Program-made: the position numbers and the translations under genes
DNA from: a virus
Taxonomy: Duplodnaviria > Heunggongvirae > Uroviricota > Caudoviricetes
Length of the DNA: 64,000 nt
IMG/VR virus record: IMGVR_UViG_2579778606_000002
Location: 27,981-91,980 of that record
Reading direction: 5' to 3' (one strand)
The notes under the pieces: model-generated
The model's database searches: none
Seen by the model: the letters and a program-made list of their open reading frames with translations, nothing else
What the model was told of the DNA's origin: nothing
Shown: piece by piece, positions 10,301 through 19,724 of the stretch
How positions within the stretch are numbered: the stretch's first letter is position 1
Layout of the letters: each line of letters starts with the position of its first letter

Positions 10301-10377
10301 TCTAATGAAGAAACCAGCGCAATAACACTGTTAATGTCTGCTGCTTCGGATAGCGCGGAAGTAACTGACTTGTTCAA
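7336..10377 (-). CDS. Large multidomain protein with C-terminal zincin-like HEIGH motif (position of P1 ddrB)
   Basis: 1013-aa ORF; WHEIGHHIEH near C-terminus; last large gene of the lydA-lydB-hdf-darA-ddrA-like block. Confidence 0.55.
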   Translation of the reverse strand: MNKSVTSALSEAADINSVIALVSSLERRETRQGRSSYVVTSKGAEVKTAFKVVDASSLIISNNLDGTINPAFPEELQPRDRTRLSSKLQVNRIASNLRPAQLTDSGMSSHGAPIVGPDNVVESGNGRSMGIWRAYEQGQADEYRQYLIDHAKEFGLNPDDISQMSMPVLVRERLTDVDRAQFARDSNISDLQEMAASEKAYADAQFLTESVMALFNPSDDGNLLARSNDAFIRAFLREIGDTATAGLLTADGRPTKQLIDRIQNAIFAKAYKDERLVRLVAEEPDPEMRNILTALNTAASDFAQMQSLSGDVHHDTVTGLVDGIEQLNGLDKQAIAALQEAINLVREAKDNGQAVEEVIAQRGLFGDSTPEAEALALFIVANNRSAKRMGAAFKKLAQKINDELIHQQQALGDMFGGGDVDLRSILSAVSDEIEAEYGEGKGLNFAMFESVSGDVEPYISKLIADATSVEDLIRIVKASEKIKESAKKIKRNVFLELGFYIRNVTVNEIKAWAKRYGYSNAVLTTMLLSYQRSNFYANALRDAIEKGDEAPSLADERNIDCDIETFCNMSEEGVPAEQFIRVLHNAAKHIPDDFSIDELRNGCLVWLGNYLKSPASIAEKTALRFRKEMNKAGSAEEMVRIIQNTLKLFKKSLHNINDIMAAGREITASVGVSSELTAEEIADAYIETLVRLKEIVELAEHSSYYGIKERVDFTIEQINKVRSNKEKLTDYLAEVLHQNDHGIGYELKKMLVFNLDIPEDLQAELYEIASLTRGQKAYPNALENVVHKKVRAAFDMILESSNVSHDQSKEWSRGIAISDEAEQLSGHDNETFSRKAYSIRETIEKAYIISGGTLSTLKNINHKNNVRAFASRNGNITIDANSDHERVLWHEIGHHIEHSNPHLLERAKAFIKSKTNGKVFYHNIGSRGSAEYLVRTDLSHGYMSKIYMENTVSSVSGRFISKPPALSNCRATEIFSMALQMYADPEQATNSVLNNDGVLEFFLGCMKELQNEV

Positions 10378-10470
10378 AATACACTCCCCTTACATAGAAA
10401 GCAGGAAGTGTAAAAAGTGTGTGATTTATGGACTTACAGGAAAGTGAAAGGGGCATTTCAGCCCCTTTGA

Positions 10471-10839
10471 TTACCCTGCATAACCGTTGGCTTTCACCCA
10501 GCTTATGGTCTGCTCTTTAGCCTGTTCCAACGTAAGGAACTCGCCTACATAGTTTGAGATCCCACGTAGCGCATCAATAAATTCCATTTGCGTGGACTTT
10601 GTGAATGCACCTCCAAGGAAGTCTGTCACTATCTTAGGAATGTCACCTGCAACAGTATCTGGCTGCGCCTGCGGATCCGATACTGATTGGGCCGCAGCCC
10701 CAAGCCCCAGTTTAAGCATCACATCAACAATCTGCTTACCAATTGAGACGCGTTGCAATACTGGCGCGGTTTTCTGCGCCTGCATTAAATCTGATAGCTC
10801 TTTACCCAATTTCAGACGGTCTAAAACAGAGATAGTCAT
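10471..10839 (-). CDS. Hypothetical protein (position of P1 ddrA)
   Basis: 122-aa ORF between the 641-aa and 1013-aa genes. Confidence 0.45.
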   Translation of the reverse strand: MTISVLDRLKLGKELSDLMQAQKTAPVLQRVSIGKQIVDVMLKLGLGAAAQSVSDPQAQPDTVAGDIPKIVTDFLGGAFTKSTQMEFIDALRGISNYVGEFLTLEQAKEQTISWVKANGYAG

Positions 10840-12764
10840 TAAGCACCTCCCTGCTGAATTTCAGCCAGAATGTTGATCAGGTAGTCAACTGCTGCGCCAA
10901 CCGTTGCTTCGTTCTCGTCATATCGACCAGCACTGATAAGAGCGTTTGCAGCTTCCTGCACATGATCAAGTTCAGCACTTATGACCGTCAGATCGCGGGA
11001 TGTGAACTGCTCCGGAACGGATTTCAGGTACTCAAGCGCTTTATCTGCTTCCTGGTCAGCTTCGCTTGCTGATTCACCCGCTTCTTCTGGCTCCGGCTCC
11101 TGTTCTGGTGCTGGTGCAGGTTGCGATTCTGGCTCAACTACAGGATCTGTTTTTACTTCGCTTGAATGATTTTGAAGGGCGTTATACACGTCCATAATGA
11201 AAAGGTTCTCCCCATCACCAAGTGGATATGCCACGTTCGGGAACGCTTTGCGGAAAAGAATTTTAACTTGCGCCTTGAATGTTTTCAGGTCACTTCCAAA
11301 CAGATCTACATAGCCATCAATATGTTTTACCATGCTGGACGCAACCAGCTCGTTCGCCATCCCTCTCAGTTCATCGTCATCAGGCAGATAGCGTAATTCG
11401 TACTGACTGACTTCTTCGTCTGTCAGTTTGCGGTCATACGTAATGATTCCGTGACGAGCATATTCGTAATACGGATCAGCCTGATCAGGACGGTCAAGTA
11501 CAGCTTTATTTCCTTCAGGAACCGCACCAACACCCGCCGGGCGAGATTGTAGCGCATAGCGATATTTACCAACCTCCAGGGGATCAGGATGTGATGCTGG
11601 TTGTGGCTCCTGTTCAGGCTGCGGCTGATCAGTTGGCTCAGGCTGGCCCGGCAACACATCCACTTTGTATTGATCAGCATTATGTTCACGATAGGCTTTA
11701 AGTAATTTGGTTGCAGCGTCCGCTGAACTCCCACCTTTAACAGCACTGACATCAATACTGAAATTGCCTTCTGGTGCCTCAATCGTGACAAAGCTATCAC
11801 TGCCTGACGTGACATACTTAACTACAGCACCATTATCCAGCGTTGTTTGGCCTTCTGTAGCAAGATTATGTTTTATGTGTCGCAGTTGATCATTGAAGGC
11901 ACGCTCTTTAGTTCCTTGGCTCTTAGCTGACAATAAATTATCGCGCTTAGCCTGCAATTCCGCGTTAAGGGCTTTTTGTGCGTCTAATTTATTCTGCATA
12001 TCATTGAGTGTTGAGCGTTTCTCTGCCAGCCCCCGCTGTGCGTCTTCAACCTGCTCAATCAGCACAGAACGTTCTTCTGCCAGCTTGTCGGCTTCATTGA
12101 GATACCCCTCAATATCAGCCTTCATTTTGTCCTGGCGCTCCTTTGCTTTTTTGAATTTTGCACTGTTACGCTCAATGAGGTTAGAAAGCGCCTGACACAC
12201 CTGGCTCAGAGATACATCACGCCCACCGATTGGCGCAACAACATGCGTAACGTTTCTTTTGTTAAGAAGAAACTGAAACGCAACCAGCTCGTCATCCCCT
12301 TTAATTCTTGTGCCGTCTGCGGTTGGAGAATGGAAAATTATGCTTGTCGTTTGTCCATCGGTTAGAGGTATTTGTGCTGTTACAACAGGGATATTAGCAA
12401 CCCGGCGCACGCGCCCAATGATTGCCCCACCGATACTATTACGTCCGTCTTCATATTCACCTGCCTCATCCGTACCCGCAGCAATGTCAGTGCCATTCAG
12501 GCCGCGATTAAGCGCCCGGACAAATGCTCGCATTGTTTGCGCTAACCGCAATTTTGTTGTGGTTAAAGCTTCGAACATTGCCTCATTGGTAGTTACCAAA
12601 ATTTCGTTGCCCATATAGGCCAGCTCGATATCTTCCAGCGTCGCAGGCTCGATAAGTAAATCATCCTCGGTGATATCTTCCGCCACCCAACGATTAGGCG
12701 TATATCCAGTGAGCGTATCTGCAAAAGTGGACTGGATATTTATTCGAATAGGTTTCTTTATCAT
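10839..12764 (-). CDS. Putative virion internal/anti-restriction protein (DarA-like by size and position)
   Basis: 641-aa ORF with central coiled coil and Pro/Glu-rich acidic segments; assignment positional. Confidence 0.35.
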   Translation of the reverse strand: MIKKPIRINIQSTFADTLTGYTPNRWVAEDITEDDLLIEPATLEDIELAYMGNEILVTTNEAMFEALTTTKLRLAQTMRAFVRALNRGLNGTDIAAGTDEAGEYEDGRNSIGGAIIGRVRRVANIPVVTAQIPLTDGQTTSIIFHSPTADGTRIKGDDELVAFQFLLNKRNVTHVVAPIGGRDVSLSQVCQALSNLIERNSAKFKKAKERQDKMKADIEGYLNEADKLAEERSVLIEQVEDAQRGLAEKRSTLNDMQNKLDAQKALNAELQAKRDNLLSAKSQGTKERAFNDQLRHIKHNLATEGQTTLDNGAVVKYVTSGSDSFVTIEAPEGNFSIDVSAVKGGSSADAATKLLKAYREHNADQYKVDVLPGQPEPTDQPQPEQEPQPASHPDPLEVGKYRYALQSRPAGVGAVPEGNKAVLDRPDQADPYYEYARHGIITYDRKLTDEEVSQYELRYLPDDDELRGMANELVASSMVKHIDGYVDLFGSDLKTFKAQVKILFRKAFPNVAYPLGDGENLFIMDVYNALQNHSSEVKTDPVVEPESQPAPAPEQEPEPEEAGESASEADQEADKALEYLKSVPEQFTSRDLTVISAELDHVQEAANALISAGRYDENEATVGAAVDYLINILAEIQQGGA

Positions 12765-13402
12765 GCATCTTCCTCCAGGCGCGCTATTTCTTCTTTCAAT
12801 ACGCGAGTTTTCGCCAGTTCCTGCGCCATCTCGGTTCTAATGATTTCAGTTTCTCTTGTTGCGCGGTCTGAATTACCTTGCACCTGATTTAATTTTTCTT
12901 TGGCCCTTTCAATATCCTCGCTGATCGCATCGCGAGATTCCTTTGCCTCTGCTAGTTTCTGCGCATTGGACTTAACGCCTTTTATTTTCTTATTCCCATC
13001 ATCAATATCTTTCGCCGCACGAGCTAACTTACGCGCCAATGATTTCTGAAATGATGATGCGCCTTTATTAAATAAAGCAGCCAGTGATTGCCCTAAAGCC
13101 ATCAGCGTTTTAACTGGCTTGAAAGGAACAATTTTTCCGTTCAGTTTTACACCAGAAATATCACCAGTATCATTAACCTGAACGTCCATCGTCTGCTCAT
13201 CGATTCCGATAAGGGTAAACGTGCGCGTCATGATCCCGTCTTTCTTCCTGCCATTACTGGCGGGGATCACCCTCGCTATCTTGTAGCCTCCTTTACCGAT
13301 TTCTTTGACGAGTTTTGCCAGCCCCTTTTCGTTTAACTCATCATAATTAAGAAGAACATAATTAGATTTATTTGACATTCCAGTCTCCTTCACACTTTTC
13401 AA
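12761..13402 (-). CDS. Hypothetical coiled-coil protein (Hdf-like position)
   Basis: 213-aa ORF overlapping the next gene by 4 nt; C-terminal coiled coil. Confidence 0.4.
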   Translation of the reverse strand: MKSVKETGMSNKSNYVLLNYDELNEKGLAKLVKEIGKGGYKIARVIPASNGRKKDGIMTRTFTLIGIDEQTMDVQVNDTGDISGVKLNGKIVPFKPVKTLMALGQSLAALFNKGASSFQKSLARKLARAAKDIDDGNKKIKGVKSNAQKLAEAKESRDAISEDIERAKEKLNQVQGNSDRATRETEIIRTEMAQELAKTRVLKEEIARLEEDA

Positions 13403-13814
13403 TCATAAACTGACGTTCTATGCAGTCATTGATAGGGAAAATGCGATAAAGCGGATTCAGGCGGCAATTACCGTTAGTCAATGTGACCTTTAGATCCCAC
13501 TTCGCTGGCTCAAGATATTTCGTGTCGATGAGCAAATATTCTTCTCTCTCACCGCGTTTTGATGCGTCAACTGGTCTTGTTTTCCCCGAAATAACCACAG
13601 ATGGATTTTTCAAGTCCTGCAACCAATATTCGATTTGTGCATTGCTTACCCAGCTTCGCTTAACGCGAAGCGACACGGGAAACGCTATAGCAGACTCTTT
13701 CACTACAGCTTCGCCAATGCTCAAAATATCAACACTCTTGCGACGAAATAAGAAACGGTCAATAACGGCAACAAATGCCATGATAAAAATGAAATAATTT
13801 CCAAAGTCACCCAT
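13368..13814 (-). CDS. Putative lysis regulator (LydB-like position) with N-terminal hydrophobic segment
   Basis: 148-aa ORF immediately after the holin-like gene; N-terminal FIFIMAFVAVI helix. Confidence 0.35.
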   Translation of the reverse strand: MGDFGNYFIFIMAFVAVIDRFLFRRKSVDILSIGEAVVKESAIAFPVSLRVKRSWVSNAQIEYWLQDLKNPSVVISGKTRPVDASKRGEREEYLLIDTKYLEPAKWDLKVTLTNGNCRLNPLYRIFPINDCIERQFMIEKCEGDWNVK

Positions 13815-14140
13815 TACTTCTCTCCACCTTTTCCCCCACTCGCTATTACGCTTAAGAGATTCAAGACGTTACTAGCTCTGGACTTCAAGCCCTGTAAAAT
13901 TTCACTTCCGTTGTTACTGGCAATCAGAACAACGCAGTAAATGATGCCTTCCGGCCATTCATAGCTATCAGCCACCCAAAACCCCGCAAGCCCGGCAGTT
14001 ACTGCAGTAAACAATTCACTCGCGAGGTTGAGCAGTGACGCAGAAATGCGCCCGTCTCTAACTCCGAGAAGGAATACGCCGGTTCCACTCAGCAGGGATG
14101 TTATGACTGCTACAGCCAGATTTTCATAATCTGCAAACAT
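13814..14140 (-). CDS. Putative holin (LydA-like), multi-pass membrane protein
   Basis: 108-aa ORF with hydrophobic helices (LAVAVITSLLSGTGVFLLGV; AVTAGLAGFWVA; IIYCVVLIA) and charged C-terminus. Confidence 0.45.
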   Translation of the reverse strand: MFADYENLAVAVITSLLSGTGVFLLGVRDGRISASLLNLASELFTAVTAGLAGFWVADSYEWPEGIIYCVVLIASNNGSEILQGLKSRASNVLNLLSVIASGGKGGEK

Positions 14141-14222
14141 ACCCCTCCAGAAATGACGTTTAACGCGGCTTCAACTTATCCAGTTTGTTATTTCCCGACT
14201 AAATGCCATTCACACAAAATGG

Positions 14223-14441
14223 ATGCATATGATGGCCCGGTGGTCCGTAAACCTCGTCACTCAGAGCGTGGAGGATGCCAAATTCGCGTATCAACAAAAT
14301 GGTCCAAACACGGCTTTAAAGAGAAATACGCTTGAATGCGCAAGATGTGAGCTGATTCTTGAGGACAAAATGATGACATGTGAGTCTTCACAAGCGTCAT
14401 TCAGTGAATATAATGCCCCCCTCTCAGATACCACTAACTGA
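14223..14441 (+). CDS. Small hypothetical protein with CxxC motif
   Basis: 72-aa plus-strand ORF between lysis and tail-fibre genes, followed by its own terminator; weak RBS. Confidence 0.3.
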   Translation: MHMMARWSVNLVTQSVEDAKFAYQQNGPNTALKRNTLECARCELILEDKMMTCESSQASFSEYNAPLSDTTN

Positions 14442-14454
14442 GTGTTCATTTTGC

Positions 14455-14485
14455 CCGCCGTCATTGACTGGACGGCGGCTTTTTT
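14455..14485 (+). terminator. Rho-independent terminator (8-bp GC stem plus T6)
   Basis: CCGCCGTC..GACGGCGG followed by TTTTTT, 14 nt after stop at 14441. Confidence 0.6.
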
Positions 14486-14536
14486 GTACCAAAGGATTGT
14501 ATTACTAAAAAAGGTCACAAAAGCACTCACTAATAA

Positions 14537-14557
14537 AGCCCTCAACAAAAGAGGGCT
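14537..14557 (-). terminator. Terminator-like hairpin downstream of tail fibre assembly gene
   Basis: AGCCCTC-aacaaaa-GAGGGCT with U-rich minus-strand tail; convergent with the plus terminator. Confidence 0.35.
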
Positions 14558-14600
14558 TGAAATATCAAAAAAGCAGTGCTGATTGGATTGTTATGATTGT

Positions 14601-15023
14601 TTATACAGGCATCTCAGGCCATGAGATATCTGCATCAACAGAAGTGTCAACTCTATTAAGAAGAACTCTATACCTCTTTAACTTTGTCAACATTTCTATT
14701 TCCTCATCAGTGGCAATATCCATATCAACAGCATCCTGAAGCGTTGATATTTTTATGCTCACATCATTCATAAGACTACTTTTGGTGTTTTCAGCAATGC
14801 TGACTCTATCCTCTAAGCTCATAGGTTGTGGGTCAGATAACATTGGATAACCATCGCCATTTGCAATTATTATTTTCCCATTGCCATACCCTGATAACAA
14901 TTCATCATATAAGTCATCAGGTATATGTACAGTATCGGACGGCCATGAACCGTTTTTATCGTAATCTTCTTTTAGTCTGTCGTCGTAGAAACCACCAGTC
15001 TCTTTGCTGTAATACTTTGCCAT
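14601..15023 (-). CDS. Tail fibre assembly protein (Tfa/gpU-like chaperone)
   Basis: 140-aa ORF immediately downstream of tail fibre; C-terminal KRYRVLLNRVDTS..DISWPEMP signature. Confidence 0.75.
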   Translation of the reverse strand: MAKYYSKETGGFYDDRLKEDYDKNGSWPSDTVHIPDDLYDELLSGYGNGKIIIANGDGYPMLSDPQPMSLEDRVSIAENTKSSLMNDVSIKISTLQDAVDMDIATDEEIEMLTKLKRYRVLLNRVDTSVDADISWPEMPV

Positions 15024-15054
15024 TTAAGCACCTTCATTCTAATTAACTATATTT

Positions 15055-18000
15055 TTAATACCCATAAGCAACATACTGTGCATATATTTTATCAGTGGAG
15101 CTACTTTTCACTGTAAAACCAGTGGCTGAGTGGTTGTATGTATAAAGAATTGAATTGACAGCATTCCCGCTGTGAGGCGAAATCACAACTACCGCACACG
15201 CCTCAGGAAAAGCAGTCGGAAATTTAACCACGCTTCCTGGAGTTAAATTTGTTATAAACCCCCACTGCATCATCACCTTAGTTGATGTATCCTTATGCCA
15301 TCCATGAATGTTGGCATATGCTGTGTTTTTAGCCTGATATTTCGTGTTGAAATTACTATAGTTACCAGGGGTAATCTGACCAGCGGCAGATAAATTCCCC
15401 ATAACCCTTACATGACCATCAGCACGTCCTAATTCTACGCGACCATCACCGCCATCTATCTTTAATGGAGTGTAAACGACATCACCATTAACATTTTGCC
15501 CAGTGGTTGATATCTGGAAACTATATCCAGTATTAGTTATTAGGAATCCATAGTTATTATTATAAGTTAGGCGTATAGCATTTTGGCTGCTGGATATAAT
15601 TTCACCGGTAACAGTACCACCTGTTGTTGGTAACGCACCAACATGACTTGCCGTTAATCTGATGTCTGCAGAACCATCAAAAGCCACTCCACTTATTTTT
15701 CTGGCAGTTTTTAACTTTGTCGCTGTAGCTGCATTACCACTTGTATTTTGATTTCCGGCAATATTAACGCCCGGAAGATTGATGTTTGCTGTACCATCAA
15801 ACGAAACCCCGCCGATTGTGCGTGCCGTCTGAAGTTTCGTTGCAGTTGCAGCATTGCCGGTAGTGCTCTGATTACCTGTTTTATTCACGCCCGGCAGGTC
15901 GATATTGGCACTACCATCAAATGACACCCCGCCGATTGTGCGTACTGTTTGCAGTTTTGTTGCAGTTGCAGCATTACCGTTCAAACTACCATTGATGCCG
16001 CCAGTAACATTGAGTCCATTACCGATCGTAACAGCACCATTGGCATTGTTAATGATAAGCGGCCTTAACCTATTATAGGTTCCAAGATTGTCACCCGAGG
16101 CGGTCAACATGAAATATGTGTTTGAACCATCGTTTCGGATAAAGAATCCGTAGTTTCCGTAGGCAATGCGCAGACCATTCACCGATCTTGAAATGATCTC
16201 ACCAGTAGCCGTTAAACCGCCGTTGAGATTTCCTCCGGTTATTGGTAATGCGCCGACATCCGTGGCGGTCGGTTTAATGTGCGAACTGTAAATTACATAT
16301 ACAGTTCCATCTGTCAGACCTGTTGGTTTATTCGCTGTATAAGATGGTGATGTATGAATCGTTACGCTGGCGTTACTGGTATAATCCCACTGAATATTAA
16401 CACGTGTGGTGAAATTACCTATTTCAACATAAACATCATAGGTATCACCGGATGTATTCACCCATGCAAAATTAGTAAATCCAACCGATGTCCGTCGCCA
16501 TAACGCACCAGAAAGACCTTTTGGATTCCCATTTCCCGCACGAAGAACAAGTTCAGATATACCAGCCTGCATAGGGGAGTTAACATTATATCCAGAACCA
16601 CCAATCAGGCTTATGTAAACCACGGAACTGGACTGTGGCATGGTTACAGTTGCCAGCTTGAACCATCCAGTACCACCACTAAAAGACATTGTTGTTGAGT
16701 TGATCGTGCCTATAGACCTTGGAGTTAGCTCAATGTTTTTAGAACCGTCAAACAACACCCCATTTATAGTTCTAGCGGTTTGTAACTTGGTCGCTGTCGC
16801 TGCATTACCGGATGTATTCTGATTACCCGCAACGTTAACACCAGGTAAATTAATATTCGCAGTACCATCAAAGCTAACTCCGCCGATAGTTCTTGCCGTC
16901 TGTAGTTTTGTAGCAGTTGCTGCATTGCCAGTTGTATTCTGATTGCCAGTGGCATTCACACCAGGAATGGAGTCCCTTGATGTATATACCTGCGCCCACG
17001 CTGACCATGCCGCATCAGTGTGATCTCTTCGGGAGCGAATGAAAACCGGCGCATGTGCACCGCTCGTACCACTCCAGCCAATAAGCAACTCGCCCTCACC
17101 AGCAGCACTCGCACCTTTCATGTGCAATACGTTGCCATACGCGGTCGGGTAGCTATTGTTGTACGCCTCATACATCTGCAATCCAGTAGCAGCACCTTGT
17201 GTTGTATCGGTGAGCGCAGTAACACGCCCTCTGGACGTAATTGTTGGTATCGAAATGTTCGCAGAGCCATCAAACTTAACACCGTTGATTGTGCGTGCTG
17301 TTTGCAGTTTTGTTGCAGTTGCAGCATTGCCGGTAGTGCTCTGATTACCTGCTTTATTCACGCCCGGCAGGTCGATATTGGCACTACCATCAAATGACAC
17401 CCCGCCGATTGTGCGTACTGTTTGCAGTTTCGTAGCGGTTGCAGCATTGCCGGTAGTGCTCTGATTACCTGCTTTATTCACGCCCGGCAGGTCGATATTG
17501 GCACTACCATCGAACGACACTCCGCCGATCGTTCGAGCTGTCTTGAGCTTTGTGGCAGTATCTGCGTTTCCCGTCAAATTACCAGTAATACCACCGCCAA
17601 CTTTTACGCCGTTACCGATGGACACCAACCCAGTTCTTAAGTTTATAGAAAATGGTCTTAATGGCCCGATGTCACCATTTTCACCCTCCCCTTCATTTGT
17701 CGGGATAAGATGAAGAGATTCCTCGGATCTCCTGAAGATAAGGCCAAAGTCCTGGTTAAATATTCGAAGCGCATTTATTGTGCCAATTTTTAGCTGCCCC
17801 CCCATTGTGTCGCCAGAACGCTGAACTGCGTTACCAGCTTGAGAAGCAATATCCGTTAAGCCAAGATCTTCCGGAGTCAGAGTAATATCTGCCGACCCAT
17901 CAAATGCCACACCGTTAATCTTTCTGGCTGTTTTTAATTTCGTCGCAGTATCGGCGTTCCCGGTCAGCGTACCAGTGATCCCCGCGCTGAAAGTCTGGCG

Positions 18001-19275
18001 TGCACTCCAGGTATTAGCTGTGCTCAACAGGGGGAGCTTTTCTCCGCTGGTTCCGAGTTCTCTTAAACCAAGGTATTGGATAACAGCCAGCGTGCTTGTT
18101 TTAGCAAGAATATCGCGACCGACTGACGTTAAATCAGTCTGGGCTACAGTGTCTGTTCCGGTAAAGTACGGTAATTTATTTGCCCCCGTCGCCAGGCCAG
18201 CGAGCGCGGTTAAGGTTGCGTCGAGAGGCTGCTTACCTGCCAGGGCATTTGTCATTGTAGTCGCAAAGTTCGGGTCATTGCCCAGCGCCGCAGCAAGCTC
18301 ATTAAGAGTATCAAGAGCTTCTGGTGATGAGCCGACCAATGCAGAAATAGCGGCACGAACATAAGCGGTTGTTGCAATCTGAGTGTTGTTCGTACCTTGT
18401 GACGCCGTAGGAGCTGTTGGAACCCCCGTAAATGCCGGGCTTAATAACGGCGCTTTAAGAGCTAAAGCATCATTAATCGTCTGGCTAAACTGGGGATCAT
18501 TGTTTATTGCATCTGCAATTTTTTTCAGCGTATCCAACGCTGAAGGAGAACCATCAATAAGGGCGGTTATAGCGGCCTGAACAAAGGCAGCGTTTGCGAT
18601 TTGTGTACTGTTTGTACCTTGTTCCGGAGTTGGAGATGTAGGGACACCTATAAATTCCGGGCTATCAACCGGAGCTTTAAGTTTATTTAACGTGCTGATA
18701 GCAAGTGGGGTTGCAGCTTTATATTCTTCGTCACTATCCAAAGCACTGGAGAACTCAACACCTACAGCACGATTAGCGCGATATTTAGTGCTAATCATAT
18801 CTGCGGTGACGGCTTGAGCATTGTCAGGCACGATCACTCGGCATAGCTCAATCTGGTTAGATGCTATGCCCTCATCAACGAGAGCTATAATTCTCGCTGC
18901 GCTAATATCCGATGAACTATCTACCTGGCTGGTTTTCACTCCATGTTCGTAATTAGCTTCAAGAACGATGATTGTCGTTACACCTGCTTCTACAGGAACA
19001 ACAACATCACTGACTTGCTGCACGGATATCTGACATTTACCCACGTCAACTGAAGCCGCCCCTCTTCCCTCTGTTTTCTCGGATGTAATCCGCACAAACA
19101 GGCCATCCCCTGGCACCGGTTCAAACCCACAGTACACACCGGGCAGAACGATATTTTTCATCTTCCTGTTTAGAGCTTCGGTGCTATACAGCTCAAAGTA
19201 TTGCATGTCTGCAATTAGTGGAGCGGAAATGTCCGAAGATAAGGTGACAATGTTCTTTACTTTATCTGCGCACAT
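15055..19275 (-). CDS. Tail fibre protein with tandem fibre repeats
   Basis: 1406-aa ORF; about 10 copies of G-N-(A/Q)-x-T-A-T-K-L-(Q/K)-T-(A/V)-R-T-I-G-G-V-S-F-D-G-S-A-N-I; followed by Tfa. Confidence 0.8.
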   Translation of the reverse strand: MCADKVKNIVTLSSDISAPLIADMQYFELYSTEALNRKMKNIVLPGVYCGFEPVPGDGLFVRITSEKTEGRGAASVDVGKCQISVQQVSDVVVPVEAGVTTIIVLEANYEHGVKTSQVDSSSDISAARIIALVDEGIASNQIELCRVIVPDNAQAVTADMISTKYRANRAVGVEFSSALDSDEEYKAATPLAISTLNKLKAPVDSPEFIGVPTSPTPEQGTNSTQIANAAFVQAAITALIDGSPSALDTLKKIADAINNDPQFSQTINDALALKAPLLSPAFTGVPTAPTASQGTNNTQIATTAYVRAAISALVGSSPEALDTLNELAAALGNDPNFATTMTNALAGKQPLDATLTALAGLATGANKLPYFTGTDTVAQTDLTSVGRDILAKTSTLAVIQYLGLRELGTSGEKLPLLSTANTWSARQTFSAGITGTLTGNADTATKLKTARKINGVAFDGSADITLTPEDLGLTDIASQAGNAVQRSGDTMGGQLKIGTINALRIFNQDFGLIFRRSEESLHLIPTNEGEGENGDIGPLRPFSINLRTGLVSIGNGVKVGGGITGNLTGNADTATKLKTARTIGGVSFDGSANIDLPGVNKAGNQSTTGNAATATKLQTVRTIGGVSFDGSANIDLPGVNKAGNQSTTGNAATATKLQTARTINGVKFDGSANISIPTITSRGRVTALTDTTQGAATGLQMYEAYNNSYPTAYGNVLHMKGASAAGEGELLIGWSGTSGAHAPVFIRSRRDHTDAAWSAWAQVYTSRDSIPGVNATGNQNTTGNAATATKLQTARTIGGVSFDGTANINLPGVNVAGNQNTSGNAATATKLQTARTINGVLFDGSKNIELTPRSIGTINSTTMSFSGGTGWFKLATVTMPQSSSVVYISLIGGSGYNVNSPMQAGISELVLRAGNGNPKGLSGALWRRTSVGFTNFAWVNTSGDTYDVYVEIGNFTTRVNIQWDYTSNASVTIHTSPSYTANKPTGLTDGTVYVIYSSHIKPTATDVGALPITGGNLNGGLTATGEIISRSVNGLRIAYGNYGFFIRNDGSNTYFMLTASGDNLGTYNRLRPLIINNANGAVTIGNGLNVTGGINGSLNGNAATATKLQTVRTIGGVSFDGSANIDLPGVNKTGNQSTTGNAATATKLQTARTIGGVSFDGTANINLPGVNIAGNQNTSGNAATATKLKTARKISGVAFDGSADIRLTASHVGALPTTGGTVTGEIISSSQNAIRLTYNNNYGFLITNTGYSFQISTTGQNVNGDVVYTPLKIDGGDGRVELGRADGHVRVMGNLSAAGQITPGNYSNFNTKYQAKNTAYANIHGWHKDTSTKVMMQWGFITNLTPGSVVKFPTAFPEACAVVVISPHSGNAVNSILYTYNHSATGFTVKSSSTDKIYAQYVAYGY
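15700..18000. repeat. Tandem near-identical DNA repeats (about 110-120 bp units) encoding tail-fibre repeat motifs
   Basis: Blocks such as gcattgccggtagtgctctgattacctg..ggcaggtcgatattggcactaccatcaaatgacac recur several times. Confidence 0.65.
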
Positions 19276-19277
19276 AA

Positions 19278-19724
19278 TTATCCCTCGACCTGTTCAATGG
19301 TCATGAGCAAGCTGTATCGCTTACCTTTGAATAAGGTGTCCTGTTGAGTACAAACAACCCCAAAAGCCTGATCCTCTGCATCTACGAGAACCAGCGTATT
19401 GAAATCGTAAGGTGTATCGTCCGGCATCGTTTCTTGTGGAAAAGCGGCATTAATCGTAATGACACCATCGAGGCTGGAAAGAATGAGATTGGATTCAGCA
19501 AAATGCTGTGCATCACTTAACTTGAAGTCGAGCGGAATATCAGAAATAGTCCAGCCACCAGCACTATTTACAGTCACAAGATCGGACTTGCACCAATAAG
19601 CCTTTGTCATAACAAAACGCTCACCTCTGCCGATTGCAGACTCTGCACGGCGAGAGTAGTAGTAAGAAAGGAGTTGCGCCTTGTAAATACTGGAATCGCT
19701 TTGGGATTTTAAAGTTTCAGCCAT
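19278..19724 (-). CDS. Hypothetical tail/baseplate-associated protein
   Basis: 148-aa ORF between baseplate genes and tail fibre. Confidence 0.4.
   Translation of the reverse strand: MAETLKSQSDSSIYKAQLLSYYYSRRAESAIGRGERFVMTKAYWCKSDLVTVNSAGGWTISDIPLDFKLSDAQHFAESNLILSSLDGVITINAAFPQETMPDDTPYDFNTLVLVDAEDQAFGVVCTQQDTLFKGKRYSLLMTIEQVEG

Noticed and set aside
15055-19275. Tail-fibre internal repeats as an insertion sequence or mobile element
   Set aside because: Repeats are in-frame protein-coding units with no terminal inverted repeats or transposase.
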